From positions 22,495 to 86,494 of the forward strand of contig CBDHDM010000044.1 of the NCBI GenBank assembly GCA_965261315.1: 64,000 nt of DNA, given 5' to 3'. The DNA is from Endozoicomonas sp. (lineage in GTDB: Bacteria > Pseudomonadota > Gammaproteobacteria > Pseudomonadales > Endozoicomonadaceae). The notes below the pieces were generated by a model. That model ran no database searches. It was given only the letters and a program-made list of their open reading frames with translations, and had not been told where the DNA came from. A program made the translations under genes and the position numbers. Of the stretch, positions 9,598 through 21,296 are shown piece by piece. The stretch's first letter is position 1; every line of letters begins with the position of its first letter.

Positions 9598-10452
9598 ATG
9601 GCTATAACAATCACATGCAGTGATACCGACTCCATTGATCTGGCGGACTATGTAGATTTTTGTCATAGCCAGAAAAATCTCGGCGATCGAGATAACATAT
9701 TTTCCTCCGCTTTCATGCTCAAACGTCTGGCAAACAATAAACATTTTTTTGTTAATTTCCTGAACGACCGACTAAGAGACATTTTCCAGTACGATGTCAA
9801 AACCGATTTTACGCCTCCCAGTTTCTATCTGTATCAGTCTCCTCTTTTTTCAATTCGTGCAGCAGTCTGGTTACCCGATGATAGTGAACCTGAAGATATC
9901 GCCAAAGGCTATGGTGTAACCCATAATCATCACTTCGACTTTCTAACCTGTGGCTACATCGGTCCGGGTTATCGTACCGTCATTTACAGGTGCGCTCCGG
10001 AGAGGTTGCATGGAATCATTGGTGAAACACTGGAAATGGATTTCCAGGAAGAAACGCGGTTAACGGAAGGAAAGCTAATGTTTTACCGCCATACAGAAGA
10101 TATTCACACTCAGCACCCTCCGGAAGCACTTTCGATCTCAATCAACCTGATCTTCCCCACTCACCCGGATGCAGGGATTCAATGTGCCATTAATCCGAAA
10201 AGCAGGCAGCTGATCGCACACCTGGACTGCCTTCCAGCAACAACCCGTCTGATGGCAATAGCCAGATTAATGCATAACGGCGAAACCATTAACCATCTTC
10301 AAACAATCGCATTGAACCACCACTGCCCAAGAACCAGAGCAATGAGCTTCCAGTCATTATTGGCCATTAACCCCTCTGATCAGAGTCGCTATCTTTACCA
10401 GGTAAGCCGAGATCAACACAACTATGTGCGAACACTGATCTCCTCCCCATAG
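9598..10452 (+). CDS. Cupin-like metalloenzyme (HxH...H, cysteine-dioxygenase-like) with helical C-terminus
   Basis: THNHHFDFLTCGYIGPGY...DIHTQHPPEALSISINL; 3 nt after the MFS stop. Confidence 0.6.
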   Translation: MAITITCSDTDSIDLADYVDFCHSQKNLGDRDNIFSSAFMLKRLANNKHFFVNFLNDRLRDIFQYDVKTDFTPPSFYLYQSPLFSIRAAVWLPDDSEPEDIAKGYGVTHNHHFDFLTCGYIGPGYRTVIYRCAPERLHGIIGETLEMDFQEETRLTEGKLMFYRHTEDIHTQHPPEALSISINLIFPTHPDAGIQCAINPKSRQLIAHLDCLPATTRLMAIARLMHNGETINHLQTIALNHHCPRTRAMSFQSLLAINPSDQSRYLYQVSRDQHNYVRTLISSP

Positions 10453-10606
10453 AATAAACGACGATGATTACAAGATGTTGAGAATAATTTCATTAAAACT
10501 AATCAGTTATGAGGAATCTGTATTTTTTACCTATTAAAACAAACCTAGACTGGAGTCTAACCATTCAGTTGACAGCCTTATCATCAAATATGAAAAAGGG
10601 GCCAGC

Positions 10607-10711
10607 ATGACAAACTCCCCCTCCACAATCACCGCGATTACCCAACAAGCCAAACATCTACTGTGCGACTCAACCAACCAATTTTCTGACTTCCGCCGTA
10701 TATTTGATTAG
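10607..10711 (+). CDS. 34-aa small ORF or gene remnant
   Basis: AAGGGG RBS then MTNSPSTITAITQQAKHLLCDSTNQFSDFRRIFD*; in frame with the following cupin paralogue. Confidence 0.3.
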   Translation: MTNSPSTITAITQQAKHLLCDSTNQFSDFRRIFD

Positions 10712-10741
10712 ATGAAGACAATACATCAGAGGAATTGGTAC

Positions 10742-11152
10742 ATGGCCTGTACCATTAAACCATCCACCTCAGGCTCAATGACTCTGGAAGAGTACATCGA
10801 CTTCTGCGAAAGTCATCCGGAAATGAAAGATCCGGATGCAGCCATAGAATATGCAGGAAAGCTCGGTCAGTTATGCCATAACCCGTCTTTCTTTACCAAC
10901 TACCTTAACTAATGGACTAAAAAATTTAAGCCAGTTTCAGCAGAGGAATGACTTTAATCCGCCCAACTTCGTTCTTCACTACGGGTCCTATTTTGCTGTC
11001 CGAGCCATTGTATGGCTGTTGATCTGCTGACCTGCAGCTATTACGGCAGCGGATATCGAACCGTTATTTATGAGTACGACTATAAGCGCGTTACTGGTTA
11101 CATTGGTGAACATGTCGACCTGACATTCCATGACACTCCAAATTTTGAGTAA
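10742..11152 (+). pseudogene. Degraded paralogue of the 9598-10452 cupin
   Basis: MACTIKPSTSGSMTLEEYIDFC, NDFNPPNFVLHYGSYFAVRAIVWL and DLLTCSYYGSGYRTVIYEY align with the intact copy; frameshifts; HNHH segment and C-terminal half deleted. Confidence 0.8.
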
Positions 11153-11165
11153 GGGAGCATCAGCA

Positions 11166-11306
11166 ATGAAATCTTCCGGTAGAAAGCTGAAAAAAGGCTT
11201 CGTCAAACTGGATCAGCAAGTCAGCCTTGCCAGTGCCTACAAGCGAGTCATTAAAACGACCGTGGCCGGTCGCGAGCTTGGCTTCGGTTGCAACCTGAAA
11301 CGATAA
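11166..11306 (+). CDS. 46-aa basic peptide (not in the ORF track)
   Basis: TAAGGGAG RBS, MKSSGRKLKKGFVKLDQQVSLASAYKRVIKTTVAGRELGFGCNLKR*. Confidence 0.5.
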   Translation: MKSSGRKLKKGFVKLDQQVSLASAYKRVIKTTVAGRELGFGCNLKR

Positions 11307-11385
11307 CCTCTATTAACCCGCTCAATCGTCTCACTTATTATTGAATGGGGCTTTTCACATTCTTCGAAGACAAAATCGTGCCCAT

Positions 11386-11423
11386 AAAAAAACAGGATAT
11401 TTCGCAAAAAATATCCTGTTTTT
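11386..11423. terminator. Bidirectional terminator (ilvC)
   Basis: AAAAAAACAGGATATTT...AAATATCCTGTTTTT. Confidence 0.8.
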
Positions 11424-11462
11424 CTGAACGTAAACTCTTAACGTCAAAGAGCGCCTGGGAGC

Positions 11463-12545
<1,083 letters not shown>

Positions 12546-12625
12546 TTATGTATGAGCAACATCTTGGAAGCAACCGTTACTCACTCAATTCGGTGTACAC
12601 CTTAACTGATAGGTGATCCTGCGTA

Positions 12626-12677
12626 TAGTTGCATTTAGTGATATATTTGCAACTTCAAATTTCAAAATATGAAACAA
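12626..12677. promoter_or_regulatory. Putative IlvY operators O1/O2
   Basis: Dyad TTTCA-AAATA-TGAAA (12660-12674) and, on the minus strand, ATATATCActaaatGCAA, resembling the E. coli ilvC O2 as recalled; located between divergent ilvC and ilvY. Confidence 0.6.
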
Positions 12678-12690
12678 CCCTTTTATTTAT

Positions 12691-13587
12691 ATGGCTATAG
12701 ACCTACGACCACTGAAACAGTTCCTTGCTCTCTCTGAGTCTCTCCATTTCAACAGAGCCAGTCTAATCTGCCATGTCAGCCCATCAACCCTGAGCCGTAA
12801 CATCAAGCAGTTGGAAGATCAGCTCGGTGTTGCACTGTTTGAGAGAGATAATCGCAGTGTTTCTTTAACTCTGGAAGGTAAACGATTTCAGGTTTATGCC
12901 CGTGAAGCGCTATCGCAATGGGACATCATTCATAATGAGTTGATGGCTGGAGCCCGGGAACTTAAGGGTTCACTCAGTATGTATTGCTCTGTGACCGCCA
13001 GTTACAGCTTTCTGTATGACATACTCAGTCAGTTTCGGCCAAGATATCCGGGCATAGAAATCAAGCTCCATACCGGGGATCCGGAGCCAGCTATACATAG
13101 AGTATTAACAGAACAGGACGACCTCGCGATAGCCGCCAGGCCAGAGACCCTCCCTGCGGGGCTTGCGTTTCAACAAATTGCTATCTCCCCCCTGGTCTTT
13201 ATCGCCCCTGCAGTTTCACAATTGCCGGATCATCTATACATGAAGCAGTCTGGTGCGGAGAAATTCGAAGGAGTCCCTATGATCCTTCAGGAGAAAGGCA
13301 TTGCACGACAAAGGTTAGATGTATGGTTTCTGGCTAACAGCAGCAAACCTAAAGTCTATGCACAAGTAGCAGGAAATGAAGCGATTGTCAGCATGGTCAG
13401 TCTGGGTTTCGGGGTGGGTGTTGTGCCAGAAATTGTTTTGAATAACAGCCCACTATACGACAAAGTATGTATATTAAATGTACAGCCGGAGCTTGAACCC
13501 TACGACGTGGGTTTGTGTGTACTGGAAAAAAAATTAAAAAACCCACTGATTGACGCTTTCTGGACTCAGTTATCCGAAATCCTGTAA
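12691..13587 (+). CDS. ilvY: LysR regulator IlvY
   Basis: SPSTLSRNIKQLE, LFERDNRSV, CSVTASYS, AQVAGNEAIVSMVSLG; divergent from ilvC. Confidence 0.93.
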   Translation: MAIDLRPLKQFLALSESLHFNRASLICHVSPSTLSRNIKQLEDQLGVALFERDNRSVSLTLEGKRFQVYAREALSQWDIIHNELMAGARELKGSLSMYCSVTASYSFLYDILSQFRPRYPGIEIKLHTGDPEPAIHRVLTEQDDLAIAARPETLPAGLAFQQIAISPLVFIAPAVSQLPDHLYMKQSGAEKFEGVPMILQEKGIARQRLDVWFLANSSKPKVYAQVAGNEAIVSMVSLGFGVGVVPEIVLNNSPLYDKVCILNVQPELEPYDVGLCVLEKKLKNPLIDAFWTQLSEIL

Positions 13588-13777
13588 TTCTTCACCCTAT
13601 GAGAGTGATACGAACAGTGTCAGGTACTGGAATCACTGACTTGGCCTTTTTTGTCATAGATCAAAAATATCTTCAGATTTTATTCTTGTGTGAAACAGCC
13701 ACAAGCCATTAGTGCAGCACTTCCTGAAGTATGGAGTAACAGCTGCACCTAAATAATAAATAAAAAGGGATGTAATT

Positions 13778-14500
13778 GTGCTGAAATCCAAGGGCAATGG
13801 ATCTGTAAAATCCATCGGTCAGTCTCTCCTGTTTACCATCAGCTGCCTGTTATCCATTAATAGTTGGTCTGTCACAGGCAGCGATATTTCGCTTATCGAC
13901 TTAATGATCGATAGCTACGAAATGAAAATGATTACCTGGGCTGACAAACACGCCTATTCAATGGATGGCCCTGGGATTGACGTCCGTCCTCAAGAAGTGA
14001 GTATGCACCAGAACATGCGGCATCTTGATGAATACGAGGGTTTACTGGAACAGTCTTTGACTGACTTAGCCCAATCCCTGCAAGATTTCTCGGTAAACTG
14101 GCAGGAAAATAAAGTACCAGATGAAGGGTTTGCCAGAAAAATTGATCAAACCCAACAGGCATTTACTGGTTTTCTTATCAGTAAGATGAGTGATTCTCCC
14201 ATCGTAGATTTGCGGGCCAGACAGATTGATACTCTGCTGACCCTCTCATCAATCTATGTCTTTATGGCTGCGGAGGCCCAAACCAGCTTCCCCATAACAG
14301 AAACCTATAATGTTGATGAGCTGGTTCAGTCACTGAATAATTCTTTATCCGAACACCCTGTTAAGGATAAAACGCTGTTACCAAAATGGCGCTTTTTAAA
14401 GTCTGCCTTCCAGCGGGGTGACTACGTTGCACCACTCCTAATCAAACGTCATGCGCTATCCATGGCATTGATTCTACAAAGATCACTGGATGATATTTAG
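13778..14500 (+). CDS. Hypothetical exported helical protein
   Basis: 240-aa ORF with a signal-peptide-like N-terminus and an RBS. Confidence 0.6.
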   Translation: MLKSKGNGSVKSIGQSLLFTISCLLSINSWSVTGSDISLIDLMIDSYEMKMITWADKHAYSMDGPGIDVRPQEVSMHQNMRHLDEYEGLLEQSLTDLAQSLQDFSVNWQENKVPDEGFARKIDQTQQAFTGFLISKMSDSPIVDLRARQIDTLLTLSSIYVFMAAEAQTSFPITETYNVDELVQSLNNSLSEHPVKDKTLLPKWRFLKSAFQRGDYVAPLLIKRHALSMALILQRSLDDI

Positions 14501-14641
14501 GTATTACTAATGACTCACCCAGCAATACGCTGCAAAGGCTTATCTGTTTCTTGAATGTTAGTGGTGCGAAAATATCTACACCGATAACAATGACCTCTAA
14601 GCTTGGTCTTTAGAACATATTTTCAGAAAGGCCATTAGAGA

Positions 14642-15390
14642 ATGAGTTTTCCTATTCTACTCCCTTCACAACCATTACAAATTTATGATAAAAATCAATA
14701 TGATAGAGAAAGCAATTTTGTAGATTTAAATAACAACTCTAGAATCGGAGCAGTGGAAAAAGACTTACACTTTTCCAGCTTCCAGCTTAGAAAGCTAAAA
14801 TCCGTAGACCCAGTTATAACTCTAAACATGCAGAATGGTTCTTCTACTATCTCGCACACTCTGGCTACTATGGCGAGAGAAAGCACTTTGTCAATAAAGA
14901 AGAACGGCGTCAGCATCTAAAAGATTTGGATGCATCAAGCCACACCAAATCTTACAATTGGGATATTGTTATAATTGGGATTCAAAACCCAGCAATTGCC
15001 TCTGTTATTGACCCTGAAACTGGAAAAAGCATGGGCGCTGGCAGCTTTATAAATGACCCTATTGATCCACAGTTAGCTAATGTTGACTTCGCTATTCCCG
15101 GTACCCCTGAAAAACCTTATATCTATATCAAAGCAAAGCGAAAAATCAAAAGAAAGGAAGAGCTTCTTATCAGCTACCGCAACAGTTTTTGGAGGCGCCG
15201 AGGGGGCAAGCCAAAAATAAGAGAATACTCTCTAACGTATCAGAGTAAAGATAGACTCAAGATGAAGTTTGATCGTATTAAAGAGTACTCGTTAGAATAC
15301 AAAGGTGGATTAAAGGTAAAGTTTAGCCGTATTAAACAGCAGCTAACTATCAGGCCTAATCAAATAAGTAAGAATTGTAAACGCCCATAA
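14642..15390 (+). pseudogene. SET-domain protein, split and truncated
   Basis: GSFINDP..LANV and IYIKAKRKIKRKEELLISY..FW SET motifs in 14926-15390; upstream 92-aa ORF in another frame; N-terminal SET GxG motif not found. Confidence 0.65.
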
Positions 15391-15402
15391 AGGGCGTTTT
15401 TT
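15379..15402. terminator. Intrinsic terminator
   Basis: AAACGCCC-ATAAA-GGGCGTTTTTT. Confidence 0.75.
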
Positions 15403-15406
15403 ATGA

Positions 15407-15898
15407 TCAGAGTGATAATACTTTTTCCCCACGGGAAATTCCGGTTACACCACTGCGAACGACTTCCAGCACCTGAGCCTGACCAATAGCCTCAATAAAG
15501 GCATCCAGCTTTTCGCCGGTTCCGGTCAGCTGGATGGTATAGACAGAACTGGTAACATCAACAATCTGCCCCCGGAAAATATCAGCAGTCCGCTTGACTT
15601 CAGCTCGCAGAGGCCCACTGGAGCGAACTTTAATCAACATCATTTCCCGCTCAATATGAGGCCCTTCAGACAGATCCACCAGCTTGACCACATCCACCAG
15701 CTTATTCAGCTGTTTAGTGATCTGCTCAACCACCTGAGGATTACCCACTGTCGTTAAGGTCAAACGCGACAACGTGTTATCTTCTGTTGGAGCAACATTG
15801 AGTGTCTCGATATTGTAGTTACGCTGGGAAAATAGCCCTACAATGCGTGACAGAGCACCGGGTTCATTTTCAACCAGTACAGAGATAATCCGCCTCAT
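15407..15898 (-). CDS. ilvH: Acetolactate synthase small subunit
   Basis: [31 protein letters not shown]; start overlaps the ilvI stop (TGATG). Confidence 0.97.
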   Translation of the reverse strand: MRRIISVLVENEPGALSRIVGLFSQRNYNIETLNVAPTEDNTLSRLTLTTVGNPQVVEQITKQLNKLVDVVKLVDLSEGPHIEREMMLIKVRSSGPLRAEVKRTADIFRGQIVDVTSSVYTIQLTGTGEKLDAFIEAIGQAQVLEVVRSGVTGISRGEKVLSL

Positions 15899-17628
15899 CA
15901 GGTCCTCTCCGTTTTGCTGAGCCACATATCAGCCATATGGCCGTCCTTGATCTGCATGGGATAAACATGCTCGCGGGTATCCACCTGGATATCCATAAAG
16001 ACCAGGCGATCTTTCAGTGCGAAGGCTGCTTCCATGGCTGACTTCAGCTTGGCTGGCTCTGTAACCTTCATACCCACATGCCCATAGGACTCCGCCAGTT
16101 TGACAAAGTCTGGCAGTGACTCCATGTAAGAATGGGAGTAACGACTGTCATACTGCATATCCTGCCACTGTCGTACCATCCCCAGAGCCTGATTATTCAG
16201 GTTGATGATCTTAACGTTCAGGTCATACTGCAGACAGGTAGAAAGCTCCTGAATGTTCATCTGAATACTACCTTCACCGGTTACACAGGCTACATGGCTG
16301 TCAGGGAACGAGAGCTTAACCCCCATGGCTGCGGGCAGGCCAAAACCCATGGTGCCAAGGCCACCAGAGTTAATCCAGCGGTTAGGTTTATCAAACGGAT
16401 AGTACTGGGCAGCAAACATCTGGTGCTGGCCAACATCTGAAGTGATATAGGTGTCTTCCCCCTTAGTAACCTCATACAGAGTTTCAATGACCTGTTGAGG
16501 TTTCAGGATCAAGCCATCACCCTTGTCGTAAGGGAACAGACCACCCCGGCCTTCACGCCACTCATTTATCTGACGCCACCAGCTGTCCAGTGCATCCTGA
16601 CCAATACGGGTATTGGTTTCTTCCACCTGACGGATCATGGTATCCAGAACAGCGTCAACCGGACCAACAATCGGCACATCGGCCTGAACGGTTTTGGAGA
16701 TGCTGGCAGGATCAATATCAATATGAATGATCTTCGCATCTGGACAGAACTTTGAGGTGTTATTGGTTACCCGGTCGTCAAAGCGAACACCTATCGCCAG
16801 AATCAAGTCAGCATTGTGCATCACCTGGTTGGCACAGTAACTGCCATGCATACCGAGCATACCAACAAACTGTCGATCGGTTCCGGGATAAGCACCCAGC
16901 CCCATCAATGTATTGGTTACCGGTACATTCAGTTTTTGCGCCAGTGCAGTCAGCTGATCTGAAGCTTTACCCAGCACCACACCACCACCGGCATAAATAA
17001 CAGGTTTTTTAGCCTCAGCCAAAAGCTCAACAGCTTTACGAATCTGACCATTATGCCCCTTGACCGGGGGACTATAAGAGCGCATCTGCACCTTTTCCGG
17101 GTACTGATATTGGTACTTATTACTCAGATCTGTAATATCTTTGGGGATATCCACCACAACGGGACCGGGTCGACCCGTCTGTGCCAGATGGAATGCCTTC
17201 TTGATGACTTCCGGAATATCTTCTGCCCGCTTGACCAGGAAGCTGTGTTTAACGATAGGTCTTGAAATACCCACCATATCCACTTCCTGGAACATATCAC
17301 TGCCAATAAAGGCAGACGGCACCTGACCGGAAATCACCACCATGGGAATAGAGTCCATGTAGGCGGTCGCAATACCGGTAATGGTATTGGTTGCTCCCGG
17401 ACCAGAAGTGACCAGTGCTACACCCGGCTTACCGGTTGCTCTTGCGTAACCGTCCGCCATATGGGTTGCAGCCTGTTCATGACGTACCAGGATATGTGTA
17501 ATGGCCTTCTGCCTGAAAATTGCGTCATAAACGTGCAGAAGGGCACCACCCGGGTACCCGTATATATACTCGACTCCCTCATCAGCCAGTGATCGGACCA
17601 CCATGTCCGCGCCGGATAATAGCTCCAC
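15898..17628 (-). CDS. ilvI: Acetolactate synthase III large subunit
   Basis: [47 protein letters not shown]. Confidence 0.98.
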   Translation of the reverse strand: MELLSGADMVVRSLADEGVEYIYGYPGGALLHVYDAIFRQKAITHILVRHEQAATHMADGYARATGKPGVALVTSGPGATNTITGIATAYMDSIPMVVISGQVPSAFIGSDMFQEVDMVGISRPIVKHSFLVKRAEDIPEVIKKAFHLAQTGRPGPVVVDIPKDITDLSNKYQYQYPEKVQMRSYSPPVKGHNGQIRKAVELLAEAKKPVIYAGGGVVLGKASDQLTALAQKLNVPVTNTLMGLGAYPGTDRQFVGMLGMHGSYCANQVMHNADLILAIGVRFDDRVTNNTSKFCPDAKIIHIDIDPASISKTVQADVPIVGPVDAVLDTMIRQVEETNTRIGQDALDSWWRQINEWREGRGGLFPYDKGDGLILKPQQVIETLYEVTKGEDTYITSDVGQHQMFAAQYYPFDKPNRWINSGGLGTMGFGLPAAMGVKLSFPDSHVACVTGEGSIQMNIQELSTCLQYDLNVKIINLNNQALGMVRQWQDMQYDSRYSHSYMESLPDFVKLAESYGHVGMKVTEPAKLKSAMEAAFALKDRLVFMDIQVDTREHVYPMQIKDGHMADMWLSKTERT

Positions 17629-18049
17629 TTGCTAACCCTCGGCTTTGCTCAATATTTGGAATGAATTTTTATATCGCCCTGAATAACTGAAAACAGGACC
17701 ATTAGAAATTGGCGAATACGAAAGTATTTCTCTTAACAAAAGCCTTTACCAACAGCCTTCACCAACAAGTGCAGCTCCGGGCTGCCTGAGACTCACAATT
17801 CTGGCTTGCAGAACTGCTACATTCCTGTGCGGGTAGGAGCAGTGCACCAACAAATCACCTCAGCACAAGATCGAGAAGTCGGTACACCAGAGCCTGTTGA
17901 CGTTTCGTTGCGAGCTCAGGAGAGGCCATTTTTGACTTTCAGCTGCCATCAGTCAATATAAATACGGGTTTTACTTCGGAGAATACGAATTTTTTCTGCA
18001 ATAAGACGATAATTAACTAATGCAACTACAAGGATCAGGGATCGGTAAC

Positions 18050-18487
18050 GTGAAACAACTACTGTTTTTATTTGCCCTATTGCTGCCCATTACCGGTGCA
18101 GCGGAGCCTATCTACAAGTGGAAAGACGACCAGGGCGTTATTCACTTCTCAACAACTCCACCAAAAAAGCAGACCAATACTGAGGTCATGGCCAAGCCCG
18201 AGTTACAAAAAATCTCAGACGATGCCAGCCAAATGACGGAGGATGAAGATCATAGCGAAGCGACTGTCAAAAAAAAGGCGATAGAGCCTACTGATGAACC
18301 ACAACAGAAAACAGAAGAAGAACTGGCTTATTGCAATACCCTGAAAGGCAATATGACCATGCTGAACAGCAGCCCGCGGGTTCGAGTTAAAAACAAAGAC
18401 GGCGAGTATGAAATTCTCGATGATACCGCCCGTCAAAAGGAGATCACCCGTATTAAAAAGCTTCTGAATGAATTCTGTAAGAATTAG
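18050..18487 (+). CDS. DUF4124 domain exported protein
   Basis: Signal peptide, IYKWKDDQGVIHFSTTPP, paired Cys; position conserved as in pseudomonads. Confidence 0.85.
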   Translation: MKQLLFLFALLLPITGAAEPIYKWKDDQGVIHFSTTPPKKQTNTEVMAKPELQKISDDASQMTEDEDHSEATVKKKAIEPTDEPQQKTEEELAYCNTLKGNMTMLNSSPRVRVKNKDGEYEILDDTARQKEITRIKKLLNEFCKN

Positions 18488-18503
18488 TTCACAGTAATAG
18501 GGT

Positions 18504-18548
18504 AGACAGGCAGGAGGCTTATAGCTTCCTGCCTGTTTGACCATTTTT
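18504..18548 (+). terminator. Intrinsic terminator
   Basis: AGACAGGCAGGAGGC-TTATA-GCTTCCTGCCTGTTT. Confidence 0.7.
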
Positions 18549-18668
18549 TATCAACCATTTCACACCCTACGTATTTCAACAATTCAGACTATATCTGCCC
18601 GCAGCCAACTTCCGTATGATTTTTAATCACCCATCGGATTCAGGTTCTCAGTTTCCGGAGCTGAACCT

Positions 18669-19445
18669 CTCTATGGTGATGCCCATTTTATGGATGGAGC
18701 TTCCTCAGTCTTCTCGGGAACGCAGGTGGTTAGCCAGCTCCGTTGGAACCAGACGGTGATCTACAAAAACAAAGAAGTTAATCTGAAGACCTATTTTGAC
18801 AGTTATCTCGGGCCTGGCGTTAAAAAGACGCTGGTCATACGAGGAGGCAAGGAGCAGAAGGTGACGGTGCTGTCTGCCCGTCTCAAGGTCAAAGCCCATG
18901 GGCAGAAGCGATTTATTATTGCCTTGAAATACGAGGGAGAGGACGACTATCGCTATCTGGCCGCCACGGATGTTTCCTGGCGTCATGATGATATTGCCCG
19001 GCTTCACACGCTGAGGTGGTTGATCGAGGTCTTCTTTGAGGACTGGAAACTTCATGAAGGCTGGTGCAACAGAGCCTTGCAGCAAGGCATTGAAGGGTCT
19101 GAGCGTGGCGTGATCCTGAGCGTGCTGTGTGACCATATGTTGCTCCTTCATCCTGAACAATCTGCCCGCCTGGAACACAAGCAGCCTGCGCTTACCGTTG
19201 GCTGTCTGGTCGAAAAGCTCAGAATCGATGCGTTGCTGGATATTATCCAGACAGTTGTGGAGTCAGAAAATCCTCAGGAGAAGTTCAAGAAGCTGACGGC
19301 GTCTCTGGAAGACTATCGTCCGGTGAGAGTATCCAGCAAGCATATGGCAGGCAGGGAACTGGGGAGAATGATGCCAACTGCCTCACTCAAGTACCGTTTG
19401 CCTGAATATCAAACACTCGTGCATTAGAAACTTGAGAGTCGAGTC
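18669..19445 (+). mobile_element. 5'-truncated IS, DDE transposase (IS4/IS701-like)
   Basis: (D)LYGDAHFM, YRYLAATD, RWLIEVFFEDWK signature; N-terminal half absent; probable right end near AAACTTGAGAGTCGAGT. Confidence 0.8.
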
Positions 19446-19613
19446 TTACGTTTCTGGAATGAATATAAGCATAAGGCAAAAGGCACGAATCATTTAACGG
19501 TAAGTACCGTTCGGAAGTTACTTGCCGGCGGTGATATCTCGCTTGAAGAAAAGTTCTGGCTATGTGATTTACTGAATCATGAGAACGAAACCGATAGCGA
19601 GATTCTGAGTGAA

Positions 19614-19970
19614 ATGCTCGCAATAATAACCTCTCAACCCTATGAAGATTTCAATTTAAAGATCAGCTTTAAGAGGCTTGAAGTACTGATCGGCACCGAG
19701 CCAACAGAGCGTGGAAAAGTCCGTCTCGTAACACAGCAAATCAAATATCTTTCCTGGTCAGAGATATCAACACTGCTCTCAAAATTAGGCATTGACGATT
19801 TTGATAAGCTGACGGCCAAAAGCTACCAGTTCTCTGTACCCAACACAGAAATGAACCTTGAGCTTGTCAATGCCTTGAGAAGTGCAAATTATCTTGGAAC
19901 CATAAAGACATCGGAAAAAAGCCAGACGATTAAAGCATATGTAAAAAGGTCAGCAATGCAGTCTGTTTGA
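19614..19970 (+). CDS. Hypothetical protein, possibly a fragment interrupted by the IS
   Basis: 118-aa ORF directly downstream of the IS end; no clear RBS. Confidence 0.35.
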   Translation: MLAIITSQPYEDFNLKISFKRLEVLIGTEPTERGKVRLVTQQIKYLSWSEISTLLSKLGIDDFDKLTAKSYQFSVPNTEMNLELVNALRSANYLGTIKTSEKSQTIKAYVKRSAMQSV

Positions 19971-20222
19971 AGTTGAGACTGCACAAGCTGCTATCTGATA
20001 GGCAATTCACCTTATATGACTCAGCCTTTTTATTCTTCTGACAGCTAAAAAGCCTGGCAAATGCGTGAGGTGGAACTCTCATACAAAAGGCAGTGTATTG
20101 TAATTATATGAAAATCAACGCTTAGACTAATTCATTTAAGTTCCTCCATAACCGTAAATAATCAGAAACCAATTAGTAAATTCCAAGTCTATAAGGTTTT
20201 TCTGGATGACTGAGAGGTAGCT

Positions 20223-21296
20223 ATGCTTTCCGGTTCAAACCCAACCTTACATTTAACACAAGGCTCATCCTCTGAATCCCTCCATGTTGAGCAATCAAAA
20301 CCATCAGACTCAGGTGAGCTGCAACTATTCTTATCAAACAAAGATGACACAAATGACGTAGAACACAGACCTGATGAGATACCACTTATTGATCGTGATG
20401 GTGACCTATCTCCGGAAGGTAACGTTTTACCCAAAGTTGGTTTCAGACCAAACAGTGCACCTATGGCCGTCACTGAAGACCTTTCCAACCCGGGGTCTCC
20501 TGCTCACGCTGCAGCAACGCCATCTTCAAGTCATCAGGCTGTTCCGGATGAAACTGCACCGAAAAATGATTCCAATATCTCGAAGATTGCACAAGGCGAT
20601 TCCATATTAGAAGCAAGACCTATTAAGGCAATTGAAACGCTCCCAATGGACGAGAATAAAGTTGCGATGATGTTTCACTTGACTGGGAAAACTGCAGGCC
20701 CTAGTGCTGATGACCATACCTTTCAATTCAGCTCAGACAGCGGTCGGGAAAAGACGATAGCAAGAGATTTGGAAGGCAGGTACAGATTATCTATTGAGTC
20801 TGGGGATATGTCAGATCCTACAAAGGATAAGATACACATAGGTTACATTCCCTTTTATGCTCCTGCAAAATCTCCTCACGTAGCGAGTCAAAACCCTATC
20901 CCCATAGAATTTGACCCTGAGAACAACCAATACTTCATGAACATTGATTTTCAAAAAAAGGCTTATCATGTTGCTGCGTATTTATCACCCATTCCAACTA
21001 GCACTGGAGTGAAAGTTTCTCTTTCCATGACTCGTGTATCCGGCTTACCAGAGAAACCATCACCCACATCGGAAAACAATCCCTCAGAAGCTAAAGACAA
21101 AGAAGCCTCCGCTTCAGGCTCACAACCAGATGTAACAGGAAGCAAGGTAGCCTCTGAAGATGACATTGTCGAGCTGCCAAAAGCCCCAGAGACAGATGTT
21201 GAAGAACCCAGAAATGACTCATCTCTATTTAGCTGCTGTGGTTTTACAGGTATTAGAGAACGAATGACTAAACATCATCCAGCAGCCGGAACATAA
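20223..21296 (+). CDS. Hypothetical protein with disordered S/P/E-rich ends and a central beta-rich domain
   Basis: GAGGT RBS; 357 aa; no Sec signal. Confidence 0.7.
   Translation: MLSGSNPTLHLTQGSSSESLHVEQSKPSDSGELQLFLSNKDDTNDVEHRPDEIPLIDRDGDLSPEGNVLPKVGFRPNSAPMAVTEDLSNPGSPAHAAATPSSSHQAVPDETAPKNDSNISKIAQGDSILEARPIKAIETLPMDENKVAMMFHLTGKTAGPSADDHTFQFSSDSGREKTIARDLEGRYRLSIESGDMSDPTKDKIHIGYIPFYAPAKSPHVASQNPIPIEFDPENNQYFMNIDFQKKAYHVAAYLSPIPTSTGVKVSLSMTRVSGLPEKPSPTSENNPSEAKDKEASASGSQPDVTGSKVASEDDIVELPKAPETDVEEPRNDSSLFSCCGFTGIRERMTKHHPAAGT

Noticed and set aside
20072..20100. GGAACT as a sigmaE or hrp box for the 20223 gene
   Set aside because: No matching -10 element at 16-17 nt spacing.
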